From contig NC_000962.3 of NCBI RefSeq assembly GCF_000195955.2, positions 3,750,001 through 3,782,000 of the forward strand: a stretch of DNA of 32,000 bases, in the 5' to 3' direction. The translations under genes were made by a program, and so were the position numbers. This DNA comes from Mycobacterium tuberculosis H37Rv. Lineage in GTDB: Bacteria > Actinomycetota > Actinomycetes > Mycobacteriales > Mycobacteriaceae. The notes under the pieces are model-generated. The model was given only the letters and a program-made list of their open reading frames with translations. It was not told the DNA's origin and did not search any database. This document shows positions 11,901 to 21,343 of this stretch, piece by piece (the first letter of the stretch is position 1; every line of letters starts with the position of its first letter).

Positions 11901-14900
11901 GATCCCGGCCACCACGATTGGCTCAAGATGAATTGGTCCGAGTTGGCCCGTGATAGGACCAAGAACGGGCAGGCCTAACGTGAAATCCATGGGCGGAATA
12001 TCGATATTCGAGAGCGTGATGGGGCCGAAGCTGATGAAGCTACCGTTATTCTTCAGGGCGGACAGCAGGGTGGCTTCCGGGGCGGTGAAGCCGACGGTGA
12101 CGACGCCATTGATGCCGATGTGGATGGCGGGGATGGGGATGTCGGGCACGGTGAAGCTGTAGTCCGCGTCGCCGGTGATCTGCAGGTGCAGCGGCGGAAG
12201 GATCGTGGTGTCCGGGATGACGATGGGGCCGATACCGCCAGTCGTGGTGATGCGGATCGGGAATTGCGGGATCGTGATGCCATAGGACAGGCCGAACAGG
12301 CCCTCGTGGTCGCCGCGCCACAGCATGCCGTTGCTGTCGGTCCCCGACATGAGGGCGCCGGTGTTGCGGGTGCCCGTATTCATAATGCCGGTGTTGAACC
12401 AGCCGGTGTTGATGTCGCCCGGGTTGAAACCACCGGTGTTGGTATCACCGACATTGAAGCTGCCCGTGTTGTACGACCCGGGGTTGGCGATGCCGGTGTT
12501 GAAATTGCCGGCATTGAAGAGCCCAGTACTGCCGGTTCCGCTATTACCGATGCCGGTGTTGAAACTACCGGAGTTGAACAGTCCGAAGTTGCCGGTGCCG
12601 GTGTTGAAGAACCCGACATTGCCGGTGCCGGAATTGAACAATCCGATATTGCCACTACCCGAGTTGAGGCCGCCGATGCCGGTCTGGTAGTCGCCGACCA
12701 GCCCGATCCCGATGTTGCCCGTGCCGGTGTTGGCCAACCCGATGTTGCCCACACCCAGGTTGGCCAGCCCCCAGTTGTTGCTGCCGGCATTGCTCAACCC
12801 CACGTTGCCCAGGCCGGCCAGGCCCACCGCCGGACCCGAGTTGGCGAACCCGACGTTGCCGGCACCGATGTTGCCGAACCCGACGTTCCCGCTGCCGAGA
12901 TTGCCCAGGCCCAGGTTCTGCGCGCCGATGTTGGCCGCACCCCAGTTGAGGTCCCCCACATTGCCCAACCCGGTGTTGAACGCGCCCACATCGGCCCACC
13001 CGATATTGACAATGGGGCTCCGGTTGAGCACGGTCCCATTTGCCAAGAACCCCGACAGCTGCTGGCCGAGGTTGCCGATGCCCGAGACCACCGCCGGGGT
13101 GCCCGCTCCCAGGGTGCTGGTGTTGTACCACCCGGAGATCCCCGAGCCGACGTTCAGCACGCCCGAGCTCAGCGTGCCGGCATTGGCAACTCCCGAGCCC
13201 GCCCCTGCTAACACGTCGTGCCCCTGGTTCCACCAGCCCGACGTGCCCGCGCCGACGTTGGCGAACCCCGATCCACCGCCGCCGCCGGTGTTGAAGAACC
13301 CCGACGATGGGGCCGTGGTGGTGTTGCCGAACCCCGGCACCGCCGGCACATCGATGATCGGGATCGGGATATCGCCGATGAGGATGGTGCCGTCGAAGGT
13401 CGCCGGCACGGTGTCGAGGGTGAACCCGTCGGGCAACAGCGTGAACGCGTCCAGCCCCACGGACAGTCCGGTGACCCCGGCGGAGGCCCGCGGAAAGGTC
13501 AGCCCACCCGGGAAGAAGGTGAACCCGTCGTTGGCGACCTCCATACCCACCGTCACGGGGGTTTGCGCGGGAATGGTGAAACCATTCGGGAAAAGCGTCC
13601 ACGGGGTGGTGTCCAAGTTGAGGGTTAGGGGAATTGGTGTCGGGGTGACCAATATCTGACCGCTAACCGTGAGGCCGGGCACAATGATGTTCTCTAGGAA
13701 CAAGACACCGGCAACAACTTGGAACGCATCAATGGTGATAAATGGGTCACTGAGGCGGAACGGCTCGAGAAAAAGCCCTATCGAACCGGCGAGCGGGTCA
13801 AGAGCGCGAATCGGCGAGATGGTGTTTGCGGCCAGGTCCACGCTTCCGGTGATGCTGGCGATGGGAAGTGAGGGAATGCTGATCGGTGGGACGGTGAACG
13901 GACCCAGGCCGACGGTGGCGTCGGTGATCTCGACGTGCACGGCGGGTACCGGGACGGGCGCCACATGCAGCGGGCCCACCCCGCCGATCGCGTGCACGGT
14001 GACCGGGAATTGGGAGATCGTGGGCCCGACGCGGACGCCGACCAGGCCCTCGTAGCCGCCCCGCCACAACAGGCCGTTGCTGTAGTCGCCCGTCATGAAG
14101 GCGCCGGTGCCGAAGGTGCCCGCGTTGGCCAACCCGGTGTTGGCATGCCCGGTGTTGAACCAGCCGGTGTTGATGCCGCCCGGGTTGAAGCCACCGGTGT
14201 TGGTGTCGCCGGCGTTGAAGCTGCCCGTGTTGTAGTCACCAGTGTTGGCGATGCCGGTGCTGAAGCTGCCGGCATTGAAGAGCCCGGTGCTGGCCGTTCC
14301 GCTATTACCGATCCCGGTGTTGAAGCGGCCGGAGTTCCCGATGCCGAAGTTGCCGGTCCCGGAATTGAAGAACCCGACGTTGCCGGTGCCGGAGTTGAAC
14401 AACCCGATATTGCCGATGCCGGAGTTCAAGCCCCCGATCCCGGTCCGATGGTCCCCGACCAGCCCGATCCCGATGTTGCCCGTGCCGGTGTTGGCAAACC
14501 CAATATTGCCCACACCCATGTTCGCCAAGCCATAGTTGTTGATGCCGGCATTGCCAAAACCAACATTGCCCACCCCCGCCGCGCCGGCGGTCAGGCCCAA
14601 GTTGGCAAACCCCAGGTTGCCATGGCCGATGTTGCCCAACCCCAGGTTGCCGTCCCCGACATTGCCCAGGCCCAGGTTGTGCCCACCGATGTTGGCCGCA
14701 CCCAGGTTGACGTCCCCGACATTTCCGAACCCGGTGTTGAAGTTGCCCACATTGGCCAACCCGAGGTTGCCGGCGAGCATCGAGCGCAGCGTGGTTCCCG
14801 CCGCCGACACCCCCGACAGCTGCTGGCCCAGGTTGCCGATGCCCGACACCGCCGCCGGTGTCCCGAAAGGCAACACGCTGGTGTTGTAGAACCCCGAGAT

Positions 14901-16500
14901 CCCTGAGCCCAGGTTGAGCACACCCGAGCCCAGGGTGCCCACGTTGCCAACACCCGAACCGGCCCCCAACAGCGCGCTCGGCGCCTGGTTCCACCAGCCC
15001 GAGCTGCCCGCGCCGACGTTGCCGAAACCCGACACCCCACCCGCACCGGAGTTGAAGAATCCCGACGACGGGGCCGTGGTGGTGTTCCCCACTCCCGGCG
15101 CCGCCGGGATATGAAGGCCCTGGATCGTGATGGGGCCGATCGTGACCCCGCCCCCCACGGTCAGGGGGATGCGATCGATCGTGATCGGCGGGGTGCTGAA
15201 CCCGTCGATCTGGCCCTCGATATCGATCGACAACGGCAACGGCTGCGCGGGAACACTAAATCCCGGGATGGTAAAGCCCGGGTTACTGATCGACACACTC
15301 ACCAGCAACCCCAAAGGATTATCGGGAGCACTGATGCCATTCGGGAACAGCGTGATCGGAGGGGTATCCCATCTGATCGTTAAATCAATCTGTGGATTGG
15401 TGGGTCCGGGAATGGTGGTGTCGATAACGATAGGGCCGATAAAGCTGACAAGCTGACCGTTAGAATCAAAGGTTTGGATTTGTGGAATTGTGATTTTCCC
15501 TAAACTGAAGGTGGGAAAGGGCAATTGGTTGACAAATGTCTGTTGGGCAAACAGGGTGATGGGTGTGATGGTCAGCGGGCCGATGTTGATGGGTATGCCG
15601 ATACCGCCGCCGAAGGCGGGGATCACGATGTCGGGAACCACCAGCGGGCCCAAGTTGACGGTTTGGTGAATGCTGAGCGGGATGGTGGGCAGGATCGGGA
15701 TGGGCTGGATGGTGATCGGGCCGATGTCGCCGTTGAGCACCAGGCCGATGGGAATTGCGGGGATCGACGAGCCGGCGGAGACGCCGAACAGGCCCTGGTA
15801 GTCACCCACCCACAGCACGCCGTTGTTGAAGTTGCCCGAGATGAACGCGCCGGTGTTGACGTTGCCCGAGTTGGCGATGCCGGTGTTGGTGTTGCCGGTG
15901 TTCAGCCAGCCGGTGTTCACACCGCCGGGGTTGAAGCCACCGGTGTTGGTGTCGCCGGCGTTGAAACTGCCGGTGTTGTAACTGCCCACGTTCACCACGC
16001 CGGTGTTGAAATTGCCGGCATTGAACAACCCCGTGCTGGCCGTCCCCGCATTACCGACACCGGTGTTGTAATTACCCGAGTTGAACACCCCGAAGTTCCC
16101 GGTCCCCGAATTGAAGAACCCCACATTCCCGGTGCCGGAGTTGAACAACCCGATATTCCCGGTGCCCGAATTCAGGCCCCCGATACCCGTCAGGTGGTTG
16201 CCGGTGAGCCCGACGCCGACGTTGTTGGTGCCGGTGTTGCCGAAACCGATGTTGCCCACACCCAGGTTTGCGAAACCATAGTTGCTGCTGCCCGCATTGC
16301 CCAACCCGATATTGCCCAAGCCGGCCAGGCCCGCCCCCAGACCGGAGTTGCCGAACCCGACATTCCCGTTACCGAGGTTGCCGAACCCGACATTGGTGCC
16401 ACCGGCATTCCCGAAACCCAGATTCTGCCCACCCACATTGCCCGCGCCCAGGTTGAACACCCCGACATTGCCCAACCCGACGTTGTAATTGCCGACATTG
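5952..16500 (-). repeat. Higher-order tandem repeat inside PPE56: six modules of about 1.75-1.81 kb, each containing an MPTR pentapeptide-type array
   Basis: The Trp codon of the motif NGxLW(R/V/T)G lies at 6963, 8724, 10506, 12318, 14064 and 15810. The spacings are 1761, 1782, 1812, 1746 and 1746 nt, all multiples of 3. Confidence 0.85.
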
Positions 16501-17102
16501 CCCAAACCCGCATTCAGGCTCAGCGCCTTCGCAGGGCTGGCGAACAGGGCGGTAAGGAACGCGCCGACACCTCCCCCCAGCGCCTGCGCCGGTGGGCTGA
16601 ACGCCGGCAACGCCGCGGCAGCAGCCGACGCGCCGGAATGGTAGCCGGCCATCGCCGCCACATCGGCGGCCCACATCAGCTCGTACTCGGCCTCGGCGGC
16701 CGCGATCGCCGGCGTGTTCTGCCCCAACAGATTCGACACCGCCAACGCCACCAGCCGCGCCCGGTTGGCCGCCACCAGCGCCGGATCCACCGTCGCCGCC
16801 AACGCCGCCTCAAAGACCCCCACCACCACCCGCGCCTGCCCGGCCACCGCCTCGGCCGCGGCCGCCACCGAACCCAACCACCCCGCATACGGCGCCGCCG
16901 CGGCCGCCATCGCCGCCGCCGCCGCACCCTGCCACACCCCCGCCGTCAGGCCCGACGTCACCTGCCCAAACGACACCGCCGCCGACCCCAACTCCTCAGC
17001 CAGCCCATCCCACGCCGCGGCCGCCGCCAGCAACGGGCTCGACCCCGCACCCGAATACATCAGCACGGAGTTGATTTCCGGTGGCAACACCGGAAACTCC
17101 AT
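5952..17102 (-). CDS. PPE56: PPE family protein, MPTR subfamily, 3716 codons
   Basis: ORF 5952..17315. I place the start at ATG 17102..17100, giving [38 protein letters not shown] (canonical PPE N-terminus), with a GGAAGGGGA Shine-Dalgarno-like run 8-16 nt upstream. This yields 3716 aa, the length I recall for H37Rv PPE56. The body consists of NxGxGNxG arrays alternating with Ile/Pro-rich segments. Confidence 0.95.
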   Translation of the reverse strand: MEFPVLPPEINSVLMYSGAGSSPLLAAAAAWDGLAEELGSAAVSFGQVTSGLTAGVWQGAAAAAMAAAAAPYAGWLGSVAAAAEAVAGQARVVVGVFEAALAATVDPALVAANRARLVALAVSNLLGQNTPAIAAAEAEYELMWAADVAAMAGYHSGASAAAAALPAFSPPAQALGGGVGAFLTALFASPAKALSLNAGLGNVGNYNVGLGNVGVFNLGAGNVGGQNLGFGNAGGTNVGFGNLGNGNVGFGNSGLGAGLAGLGNIGLGNAGSSNYGFANLGVGNIGFGNTGTNNVGVGLTGNHLTGIGGLNSGTGNIGLFNSGTGNVGFFNSGTGNFGVFNSGNYNTGVGNAGTASTGLFNAGNFNTGVVNVGSYNTGSFNAGDTNTGGFNPGGVNTGWLNTGNTNTGIANSGNVNTGAFISGNFNNGVLWVGDYQGLFGVSAGSSIPAIPIGLVLNGDIGPITIQPIPILPTIPLSIHQTVNLGPLVVPDIVIPAFGGGIGIPINIGPLTITPITLFAQQTFVNQLPFPTFSLGKITIPQIQTFDSNGQLVSFIGPIVIDTTIPGPTNPQIDLTIRWDTPPITLFPNGISAPDNPLGLLVSVSISNPGFTIPGFSVPAQPLPLSIDIEGQIDGFSTPPITIDRIPLTVGGGVTIGPITIQGLHIPAAPGVGNTTTAPSSGFFNSGAGGVSGFGNVGAGSSGWWNQAPSALLGAGSGVGNVGTLGSGVLNLGSGISGFYNTSVLPFGTPAAVSGIGNLGQQLSGVSAAGTTLRSMLAGNLGLANVGNFNTGFGNVGDVNLGAANIGGHNLGLGNVGDGNLGLGNIGHGNLGFANLGLTAGAAGVGNVGFGNAGINNYGLANMGVGNIGFANTGTGNIGIGLVGDHRTGIGGLNSGIGNIGLFNSGTGNVGFFNSGTGNFGIGNSGRFNTGIGNSGTASTGLFNAGSFSTGIANTGDYNTGSFNAGDTNTGGFNPGGINTGWFNTGHANTGLANAGTFGTGAFMTGDYSNGLLWRGGYEGLVGVRVGPTISQFPVTVHAIGGVGPLHVAPVPVPAVHVEITDATVGLGPFTVPPISIPSLPIASITGSVDLAANTISPIRALDPLAGSIGLFLEPFRLSDPFITIDAFQVVAGVLFLENIIVPGLTVSGQILVTPTPIPLTLNLDTTPWTLFPNGFTIPAQTPVTVGMEVANDGFTFFPGGLTFPRASAGVTGLSVGLDAFTLLPDGFTLDTVPATFDGTILIGDIPIPIIDVPAVPGFGNTTTAPSSGFFNTGGGGGSGFANVGAGTSGWWNQGHDVLAGAGSGVANAGTLSSGVLNVGSGISGWYNTSTLGAGTPAVVSGIGNLGQQLSGFLANGTVLNRSPIVNIGWADVGAFNTGLGNVGDLNWGAANIGAQNLGLGNLGSGNVGFGNIGAGNVGFANSGPAVGLAGLGNVGLSNAGSNNWGLANLGVGNIGLANTGTGNIGIGLVGDYQTGIGGLNSGSGNIGLFNSGTGNVGFFNTGTGNFGLFNSGSFNTGIGNSGTGSTGLFNAGNFNTGIANPGSYNTGSFNVGDTNTGGFNPGDINTGWFNTGIMNTGTRNTGALMSGTDSNGMLWRGDHEGLFGLSYGITIPQFPIRITTTGGIGPIVIPDTTILPPLHLQITGDADYSFTVPDIPIPAIHIGINGVVTVGFTAPEATLLSALKNNGSFISFGPITLSNIDIPPMDFTLGLPVLGPITGQLGPIHLEPIVVAGIGVPLEIEPIPLDAISLSESIPIRIPVDIPASVIDGISMSEVVPIDASVDIPAVTITGTTISAIPLGFDIRTSAGPLNIPIIDIPAAPGFGNSTQMPSSGFFNTGAGGGSGIGNLGAGVSGLLNQAGAGSLVGTLSGLGNAGTLASGVLNSGTAISGLFNVSTLDATTPAVISGFSNLGDHMSGVSIDGLIAILTFPPAESVFDQIIDAAIAELQHLDIGNALALGNVGGVNLGLANVGEFNLGAGNVGNINVGAGNLGGSNLGLGNVGTGNLGFGNIGAGNFGFGNAGLTAGAGGLGNVGLGNAGSGSWGLANVGVGNIGLANTGTGNIGIGLTGDYRTGIGGLNSGTGNLGLFNSGTGNIGFFNTGTGNFGLFNSGSYSTGVGNAGTASTGLFNAGNFNTGLANAGSYNTGSLNVGSFNTGGVNPGTVNTGWFNTGHTNTGLFNTGNVNTGAFNSGSFNNGALWTGDYHGLVGFSFSIDIAGSTLLDLNETLNLGPIHIEQIDIPGMSLFDVHEIVEIGPFTIPQVDVPAIPLEIHESIHMDPIVLVPATTIPAQTRTIPLDIPASPGSTMTLPLISMRFEGEDWILGSTAAIPNFGDPFPAPTQGITIHTGPGPGTTGELKISIPGFEIPQIATTRFLLDVNISGGLPAFTLFAGGLTIPTNAIPLTIDASGALDPITIFPGGYTIDPLPLHLALNLTVPDSSIPIIDVPPTPGFGNTTATPSSGFFNSGAGGVSGFGNVGSNLSGWWNQAASALAGSGSGVLNVGTLGSGVLNVGSGVSGIYNTSVLPLGTPAVLSGLGNVGHQLSGVSAAGTALNQIPILNIGLADVGNFNVGFGNVGDVNLGAANLGAQNLGLGNVGTGNLGFANVGHGNIGFGNSGLTAGAAGLGNTGFGNAGSANYGFANQGVRNIGLANTGTGNIGIGLVGDNLTGIGGLNSGAGNIGLFNSGTGNIGFFNSGTGNFGIGNSGSFNTGIGNSGTGSTGLFNAGSFNTGVANAGSYNTGSFNAGDTNTGGFNPGTINTGWFNTGHTNTGIANSGNVGTGAFMSGNFSNGLLWRGDHEGLFSLFYSLDVPRITIVDAHLDGGFGPVVLPPIPVPAVNAHLTGNVAMGAFTIPQIDIPALTPNITGSAAFRIVVGSVRIPPVSVIVEQIINASVGAEMRIDPFEMWTQGTNGLGITFYSFGSADGSPYATGPLVFGAGTSDGSHLTISASSGAFTTPQLETGPITLGFQVPGSVNAITLFPGGLTFPATSLLNLDVTAGAGGVDIPAITWPEIAASADGSVYVLASSIPLINIPPTPGIGNSTITPSSGFFNAGAGGGSGFGNFGAGTSGWWNQAHTALAGAGSGFANVGTLHSGVLNLGSGVSGIYNTSTLGVGTPALVSGLGNVGHQLSGLLSGGSAVNPVTVLNIGLANVGSHNAGFGNVGEVNLGAANLGAHNLGFGNIGAGNLGFGNIGHGNVGVGNSGLTAGVPGLGNVGLGNAGGNNWGLANVGVGNIGLANTGTGNIGIGLTGDYQTGIGGLNSGAGNLGLFNSGAGNVGFFNTGTGNFGLFNSGSFNTGVGNSGTGSTGLFNAGSFNTGVANAGSYNTGSFNVGDTNTGGFNPGSINTGWLNAGNANTGVANAGNVNTGAFVTGNFSNGILWRGDYQGLAGFAVGYTLPLFPAVGADVSGGIGPITVLPPIHIPPIPVGFAAVGGIGPIAIPDISVPSIHLGLDPAVHVGSITVNPITVRTPPVLVSYSQGAVTSTSGPTSEIWVKPSFFPGIRIAPSSGGGATSTQGAYFVGPISIPSGTVTFPGFTIPLDPIDIGLPVSLTIPGFTIPGGTLIPTLPLGLALSNGIPPVDIPAIVLDRILLDLHADTTIGPINVPIAGFGGAPGFGNSTTLPSSGFFNTGAGGGSGFSNTGAGMSGLLNAMSDPLLGSASGFANFGTQLSGILNRGAGISGVYNTGALGVVTAAVVSGFGNVGQQLSGLLFTGVGP
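16510..17102 (-). repeat. Copy B of the direct repeat: PPE-domain coding 5' end, paralogous to 2590..3184
   Basis: Same evidence as copy A. Identity breaks inside the first six codons, and the upstream regions are unrelated. Confidence 0.85.
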
Positions 17103-17345
17103 CACCCATTCCCCTTCCCAGCCCGACACCAATCCCCACCGACACCCCCCACATGACGTGTCGACGCCCCGATAATTTTGCTCGCATTGCCAACGGCCCA
17201 AGAACGATTCCCCGATAATCGCGGGTACTGGGTGCACTTTGCACAGACGCCGCAGCAAAATGCACATATGCCCTGTCCAGACCGGCGAGCGGCAGGGCGT
17301 CATCTGCCCTGACACTTCGACTGCTGGCGGAGTCCGCGAGCATGC

Positions 17346-18140
17346 TCACCGCCGCGGCGTGCGCCGAACCGGCAGCGCCGGCAAATCCATGACCCCAGCC
17401 TGTTCTTGGGTCACTGCGACGTTCACTTTTAAGCGCGACCACGTAAGGTTGGGCAAAGTTCCCAAGCGTTTCACAGTGTCAGTGCACAGTGCGCACCTGA
17501 TTACCAAAACCCCGAACCTCACTCGAAAGCCGAGAGCGGGTAAAAGTCGTTCAGCGACCTGTCTGGTAGAGAAATCCAGACCCGAGTACATGATCCGGTC
17601 GGGATCGTACTTGCGCCGCACTGTGGTCAGCCGCGACAGGTTCGCGCCGAAGTATTGTGACGCCGCGGCGTTGGCCTCCAGGTAGTTGACATAGCCGCCG
17701 ACCGAAAAGTGTTGCACCGCGTGGTGTGCGTCGCTCAGCCATTTGTTGGCCGTCGCCACCTGGCCGTCGCTGGGGGTGTTGACATACCACTGCACCACAG
17801 CGGACTGGCGGCACCAGGGAAATGCCGAGCCCTCCGGGTCCATGTCGCCCACCGCGCCGCCCAGCGAATCGATCAGAGCCGACGCGCGGCCCGCAGCGGG
17901 TGGCCATGTTCCGATGGCGGCGACGATGGCTTGGGCCGCGGCCGGATTCGTCGTCCCGATGACATCGGATCCAGCCACGAAGCCCTCCGGCGGATAGGTC
18001 GTATGGCCGCCGGCCAGATACCTCACCAGGTCCATACGGCGCAGCGTCTTGTGCTCAACTCCACTGGGTTGCACTCCAACCGCGGACTTGATCGCATCCG
18101 CGACAGCCGCGCCGGACCGCGCCGGGCAGCTCGCCAGCAC
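17346..18140 (-). CDS. C-terminal fragment of the FAD/BBE-type oxidase (264-codon ORF)
   Basis: ORF track entry with the BBE-like motif GGYVNYLE...YFGANLSRLTTVRRKYDPD. It is in the same frame as the upstream 18222..18593 ORF, separated only by a TGA. Confidence 0.7.
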   Translation of the reverse strand: MLASCPARSGAAVADAIKSAVGVQPSGVEHKTLRRMDLVRYLAGGHTTYPPEGFVAGSDVIGTTNPAAAQAIVAAIGTWPPAAGRASALIDSLGGAVGDMDPEGSAFPWCRQSAVVQWYVNTPSDGQVATANKWLSDAHHAVQHFSVGGYVNYLEANAAASQYFGANLSRLTTVRRKYDPDRIMYSGLDFSTRQVAERLLPALGFRVRFGVLVIRCALCTDTVKRLGTLPNLTWSRLKVNVAVTQEQAGVMDLPALPVRRTPRR

Positions 18141-18221
18141 ATGACAATTGCCTCCGGATGAGCTGACCGCGGGGTCAACCAGACCCCACGTGGTGCGGTC
18201 GGCCCCGGCCAGCCACGTCTG

Positions 18222-18593
18222 TCAGCCGACCAGCACCTGCGCGGCCGCAGACGGCGCGAAATCGACACGGACGACATCGCAGTCCGCGGTGGGGAACCTC
18301 GCGAACGTCATCGATGTCGTCACCCCGAAGTTGCCGCCCCCGCCGCCACGAAGCGCCCAGAACAGCTCCGCGTGGTCGTCGGCAGACGCGCTCACCGCAT
18401 CACCGCCGGGCAACACCACCGTCGCCGACTTGAGCGCATCGCAGGTCAACCCCGCATGGCGAGAATCGGCGCCTAACCCGCCGCCCAGGGTCAAACCCGC
18501 CACACCCACGGTCGGGCAGCTGCCGGTCGGAATCGCCCGGCTCTCACCGGCCAACGCTTGATGGACCGCATAGAGATCGGTCGCGGCCGACAC
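18222..18593 (-). CDS. Central fragment of the FAD-linked oxidase (FAD-binding domain, 123 codons, GTG start as listed in the track)
   Basis: Contains GVAGLTLGGGLG and LRGGGGGNFGV, typical of the PCMH-type FAD-binding fold. Confidence 0.7.
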   Translation of the reverse strand: MSAATDLYAVHQALAGESRAIPTGSCPTVGVAGLTLGGGLGADSRHAGLTCDALKSATVVLPGGDAVSASADDHAELFWALRGGGGGNFGVTTSMTFARFPTADCDVVRVDFAPSAAAQVLVG

Positions 18594-18735
18594 CGTACGT
18601 TTCTCGTGGCGCTGTCGAAATGCACCCCGCCCGGTAGGCCCAGCAGATCGAGCACCATGGCGCCATTGGCCGACGAGGCGCCGATGTAGGAATGTCCGCC
18701 GCCGCGCACAGCGATCTTGAGCTTGCTGGCCGCCG

Positions 18736-18996
18736 CTACGAAACCGCCTTCCGGACGTCTGCCTGCGAGGCGACCGTCACCACCGCGGCCGGATTCAAGC
18801 CGCTGTAGTTCGAATTGAAGATCTGCTTTCCGCTCGTGAACGCCCTGCCGTTGGCCGGCAGCAGCACCTGCCCGCCTATCGATGAGGCCAGACTGGCCCA
18901 CCCATCACCCGGTGTTGCGCGCGCCAATATCGTCGGGAAGACCGCCGACGTCGCCGGCGCTCCGACGGCGCCGCGAAGAAACGTCTGGCGAGACAT
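18736..18996 (-). CDS. N-terminal fragment of the FAD-linked oxidase (signal peptide, 86 codons from ATG 18996)
   Basis: MSRQTFLRGAVGAPATSAVFPTILARA resembles a Tat/Sec signal, followed by GGQVLLPANGRAFTSGKQIFNSNYSGLNPAAVVTVASQADVRKAV, typical of the start of this enzyme family. Confidence 0.65.
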   Translation of the reverse strand: MSRQTFLRGAVGAPATSAVFPTILARATPGDGWASLASSIGGQVLLPANGRAFTSGKQIFNSNYSGLNPAAVVTVASQADVRKAVS

Positions 18997-19110
18997 CACG
19001 ACCGCGATCGTGTCGTATCGAGAACCCCGGCCGGTATCAGAACGCGCCAGAGCGCAAACCTTTATAACTTCGTGTCCCAAATGTGACGACCATGGACCAA
19101 GGTTCCTGAG

Positions 19111-19500
19111 ATGAACCTACGGCGCCATCAGACCCTGACGCTGCGACTGCTGGCGGCATCCGCGGGCATTCTCAGCGCCGCGGCCTTCGCCGCGCCAGCA
19201 CAGGCAAACCCCGTCGACGACGCGTTCATCGCCGCGCTGAACAATGCCGGCGTCAACTACGGCGATCCGGTCGACGCCAAAGCGCTGGGTCAGTCCGTCT
19301 GCCCGATCCTGGCCGAGCCCGGCGGGTCGTTTAACACCGCGGTAGCCAGCGTTGTGGCGCGCGCCCAAGGCATGTCCCAGGACATGGCGCAAACCTTCAC
19401 CAGTATCGCGATTTCGATGTACTGCCCCTCGGTGATGGCAGACGTCGCCAGCGGCAACCTGCCGGCCCTGCCAGACATGCCGGGGCTGCCCGGGTCCTAG
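19111..19500 (+). CDS. Secreted DUF732-family protein (129 aa)
   Basis: The signal peptide MNLRRHQTLTLRLLAASAGILSAAAFAAPAQA is followed by NPVDDAFIAALNNAGVNYGDPVDAKALGQSVCP...MYCP. The DAFL/AAL...G motif and the two-Cys pattern are typical of mycobacterial DUF732 proteins. Confidence 0.85.
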   Translation: MNLRRHQTLTLRLLAASAGILSAAAFAAPAQANPVDDAFIAALNNAGVNYGDPVDAKALGQSVCPILAEPGGSFNTAVASVVARAQGMSQDMAQTFTSIAISMYCPSVMADVASGNLPALPDMPGLPGS

Positions 19501-19513
19501 GCGTGCGCGGCTC

Positions 19514-19807
19514 CTAGCCGGTCCCTAACGGATCGATCGTGGATGCGATGTAGACCATGGCCGCCGCGACCGTCACGGTCGTCACGAAATCGATCCCCTT
19601 GCTGCGCACCACCAACAGGCCGGCCCGTTCCTCGGACAACACCAACCGCAGCACCGCCGCCACCCCAACGCCGATACCGATCAGCAGCGCACCACGGCGC
19701 CAGAAGTTAGCCCCCGCCAGCACGAACCCCACCGCGAAGATCGACCCAACCAGCAGGATCGGCCACTGGGCGCCAACAGTGCGCCGGAAAACGGCCCTCA
19801 CGGTCAT
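19514..19807 (-). CDS. Small integral membrane protein (97 aa; DUF3017-like, from memory), translationally coupled to folD
   Basis: There are three hydrophobic segments ([56 protein letters not shown]). Its ATG overlaps the folD stop in an ATGA (19804..19807). Confidence 0.8.
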   Translation of the reverse strand: MTVRAVFRRTVGAQWPILLVGSIFAVGFVLAGANFWRRGALLIGIGVGVAAVLRLVLSEERAGLLVVRSKGIDFVTTVTVAAAMVYIASTIDPLGTG

Positions 19808-20649
19808 CGCCGCTCAGCCAGCTCCACGACATTGGTCAACAAGAACGCCCGGGTCAACGGGCCCACGCCGCCCGGATTGGGTGACACGTGGCCGGCGAGC
19901 TCCCACACATCGGGATGCACGTCGCCGACCAGTCCGTCATCAGTGCGGCTGACGCCGACGTCGATTACCGCGGCACCCGGGCGCACCATGTCAGCCGTCA
20001 ACAGGTGCGCCACCCCGACCGCGGCCACGACGATGTCGGCCTGCCGGGTCAACGCGGGCAGGTCGCGGGTACCGGTGTGGCACAACGTCACCGTGGCATT
20101 CTCCGAGCGCCGGGTCAGCAACAGCCCCAGCGGCCGGCCCACCGTCACACCACGACCGATAACGACCACATGCGCGCCGGCGATCGAGATGTCGTAGCGC
20201 CGCAGCAGGTGCACAATGCCGCGCGGAGTACACGGCAGCGGCGCCGGGGTGCCCAGCACCAGCCGGCCCAGGTTGGTCGGGTGCAACCCATCGGCGTCCT
20301 TGGCCGGGTCGACGCGCTCCAACGCCGCGTTCTCGTCGAGATGCTTGGGCAACGGCAACTGCACGATGTAGCCGGTGCAGTCGGGGTTGGCGTTCAGTTC
20401 GTCGATGGTCTCATTCAGCGTGGCGGTGCTGATGTCGGCGGGCAGGTCGCGGCGAATCGACGTGATGCCCACCTTGGCGCAATCAGCGTGCTTACCGCGC
20501 ACGTAGGCCTGCGACCCCGGGTCGTCACCGACCAGGATGGTGCCCAAGCCGGGCGTGCGGCCCGCCGCGTCCAATGCGGCCACCCGCTGCTTGAGGTCAC
20601 CGAAGATCTCGTCGCGGGTAGCCTTGCCGTCCAGCATGATCGCGCCCAC
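19804..20649 (-). CDS. folD: Bifunctional methylenetetrahydrofolate dehydrogenase / methenyltetrahydrofolate cyclohydrolase
   Basis: Sequence [23 protein letters not shown]...[22 protein letters not shown]...[11 protein letters not shown]...[17 protein letters not shown]...[21 protein letters not shown] chose the GTG start at 20649, giving 281 aa. The ORF extends upstream to 20721, and an ATG at 20637 is an alternative. Confidence 0.93.
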   Translation of the reverse strand: MGAIMLDGKATRDEIFGDLKQRVAALDAAGRTPGLGTILVGDDPGSQAYVRGKHADCAKVGITSIRRDLPADISTATLNETIDELNANPDCTGYIVQLPLPKHLDENAALERVDPAKDADGLHPTNLGRLVLGTPAPLPCTPRGIVHLLRRYDISIAGAHVVVIGRGVTVGRPLGLLLTRRSENATVTLCHTGTRDLPALTRQADIVVAAVGVAHLLTADMVRPGAAVIDVGVSRTDDGLVGDVHPDVWELAGHVSPNPGGVGPLTRAFLLTNVVELAERR

Positions 20650-20710
20650 GCCAGCCAGTCTGGCATGCGTGTCCGCGGTGCCGATGGCGACGACCCGCTC
20701 ACGCGCCCAC

Positions 20711-20753
20711 CGTACGGACAACTTGTACCATTGTGGTACAGATTATCCGTACA
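20711..20753 (+). promoter_or_regulatory. Probable relJK operator: inverted repeat TGTACCA-ttg-TGGTACA (20724..20740) flanked by further GTAC cores (20712..20715, 20749..20752)
   Basis: The perfect 7-bp arms are seen directly, 33-49 nt upstream of the relJ ATG. YefM-YoeB operators in E. coli are built on TGTACA core palindromes (established knowledge, from memory). Confidence 0.5.
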
Positions 20754-20772
20754 TCTTTCTAAGAGAGGACGC

Positions 20773-21048
20773 ATGAGCATCAGTGCGAGCGAGGCGAGGC
20801 AGCGCCTGTTTCCACTCATCGAACAGGTCAATACCGATCACCAGCCGGTGCGGATCACCTCCCGGGCCGGCGATGCGGTGCTGATGTCCGCCGACGACTA
20901 CGACGCGTGGCAGGAAACGGTCTATCTGCTGCGCTCACCGGAGAACGCCAGGCGGTTGATGGAAGCGGTTGCCCGGGATAAGGCTGGGCACTCGGCTTTC
21001 ACCAAGTCTGTAGATGAGCTGCGGGAGATGGCCGGCGGCGAGGAGTGA
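20773..21048 (+). CDS. relJ: YefM/Phd-family antitoxin (91 aa)
   Basis: Sequence [75 protein letters not shown] lies 4-12 nt upstream. The stop overlaps the relK GTG in a GTGA (21045..21048). Confidence 0.92.
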
Positions 21049-21302
21049 GAAGCGTCAACTTCGATCCCGATGCCTGGGAGGACTTCTTGTTCTGGCTGGC
21101 CGCTGATCGCAAAACGGCCCGTCGGATCACCCGGTTGATCGGAGAAATTCAGCGTGATCCGTTCAGCGGGATCGGCAAACCCGAGCCGCTCCAAGGTGAG
21201 TTGTCGGGATACTGGTCGCGCCGGATCGACGACGAACACCGGCTGGTGTATCGAGCGGGCGACGACGAAGTCACGATGCTGAAGGCCCGATACCACTACT
21301 GA
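21045..21302 (+). CDS. relK: YoeB-family mRNA interferase toxin (85 aa)
   Basis: Sequence [85 protein letters not shown], ending in the canonical YoeB C-terminal RYHY. Confidence 0.93.
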
Positions 21303-21331
21303 TTTGGGGGCTGGTGGTATTCCGGCGGGCT

Positions 21332-21337
21332 TAAGCT
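21332..21337 (+). promoter_or_regulatory. Candidate -10 element (TAAGCT, TANNNT class) placed for a leaderless transcript starting at the GTG at 21344
   Basis: The hexamer ends exactly 6 nt before the start codon, and there is no Shine-Dalgarno sequence between them. Confidence 0.3.
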
Positions 21338-21343
21338 CCCCAT

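Larger units (their letters stand above)
17346..18996 (-). pseudogene. Decayed FAD-linked oxidase (PCMH-type FAD-binding domain plus BBE-like C-terminal domain) with a signal peptide, split into three ORFs
   Basis: Collinear pieces of one enzyme appear in order: the signal peptide MSRQTFLRGAVGAPATSAVFPTILARA; then KLKIAVRGGGHSYIGASSANGAMVLDL in a second frame; then TDLYAVHQALAG..IPTGSCPTVGVAGLTLGGGLG..ELFWALRGGGGGNFGV in a third frame. An in-frame TGA follows, then ..YVNYLE..YFGANLSRLTTVRRKYDPD. The frame changes lie at about 18740 and about 18596, and the TGA is at 18222..18224. Confidence 0.8.

Noticed and set aside
1-17102. Regular short repeats with variable intervening sequence in the PPE genes, considered as a possible CRISPR-like array
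   Set aside because: The repeats are in-frame codon repeats within one continuous ORF, they are degenerate rather than exact, and the longer period is about 1.75 kb. No cas genes are present.
15-17156. Many long plus-strand ORFs (e.g. 15..1628 at 537 aa, 8382..9899 at 505 aa, 10359..11516, 12120..13211, 15525..17156 at 543 aa) and off-frame minus ORFs inside the PPE genes
   Set aside because: They lie antisense or out of frame to ORFs with clear PPE/MPTR protein signatures. Their translations are monotonous ([11 protein letters not shown].., AGVE..ARVE.., R/P-rich) mirror images of the NxGxG codon repeats, which rarely create stops on the opposite strand. There are no independent coding signals.
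17103-17315. A 71-codon N-terminal extension of the PPE56 ORF ([16 protein letters not shown]...)
   Set aside because: The PPE domain begins exactly at [11 protein letters not shown] (ATG 17102), which has a Shine-Dalgarno-like run upstream. The extension is Cys/Trp/Arg-rich with no family resemblance.
18222-18224. The in-frame TGA in the oxidase as a possible selenocysteine or programmed read-through codon
   Set aside because: Homologues are expected to have Trp here, I see no SECIS-like hairpin immediately downstream, and the same gene carries two frameshifts. Ordinary decay is the simpler explanation.
20650-20721. A 24-codon N-terminal extension of folD ([24 protein letters not shown])
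   Set aside because: FolD homologues begin close to the (I/M)LDGK motif. The extension would run into the relJK operator region, so I used the GTG at 20649.
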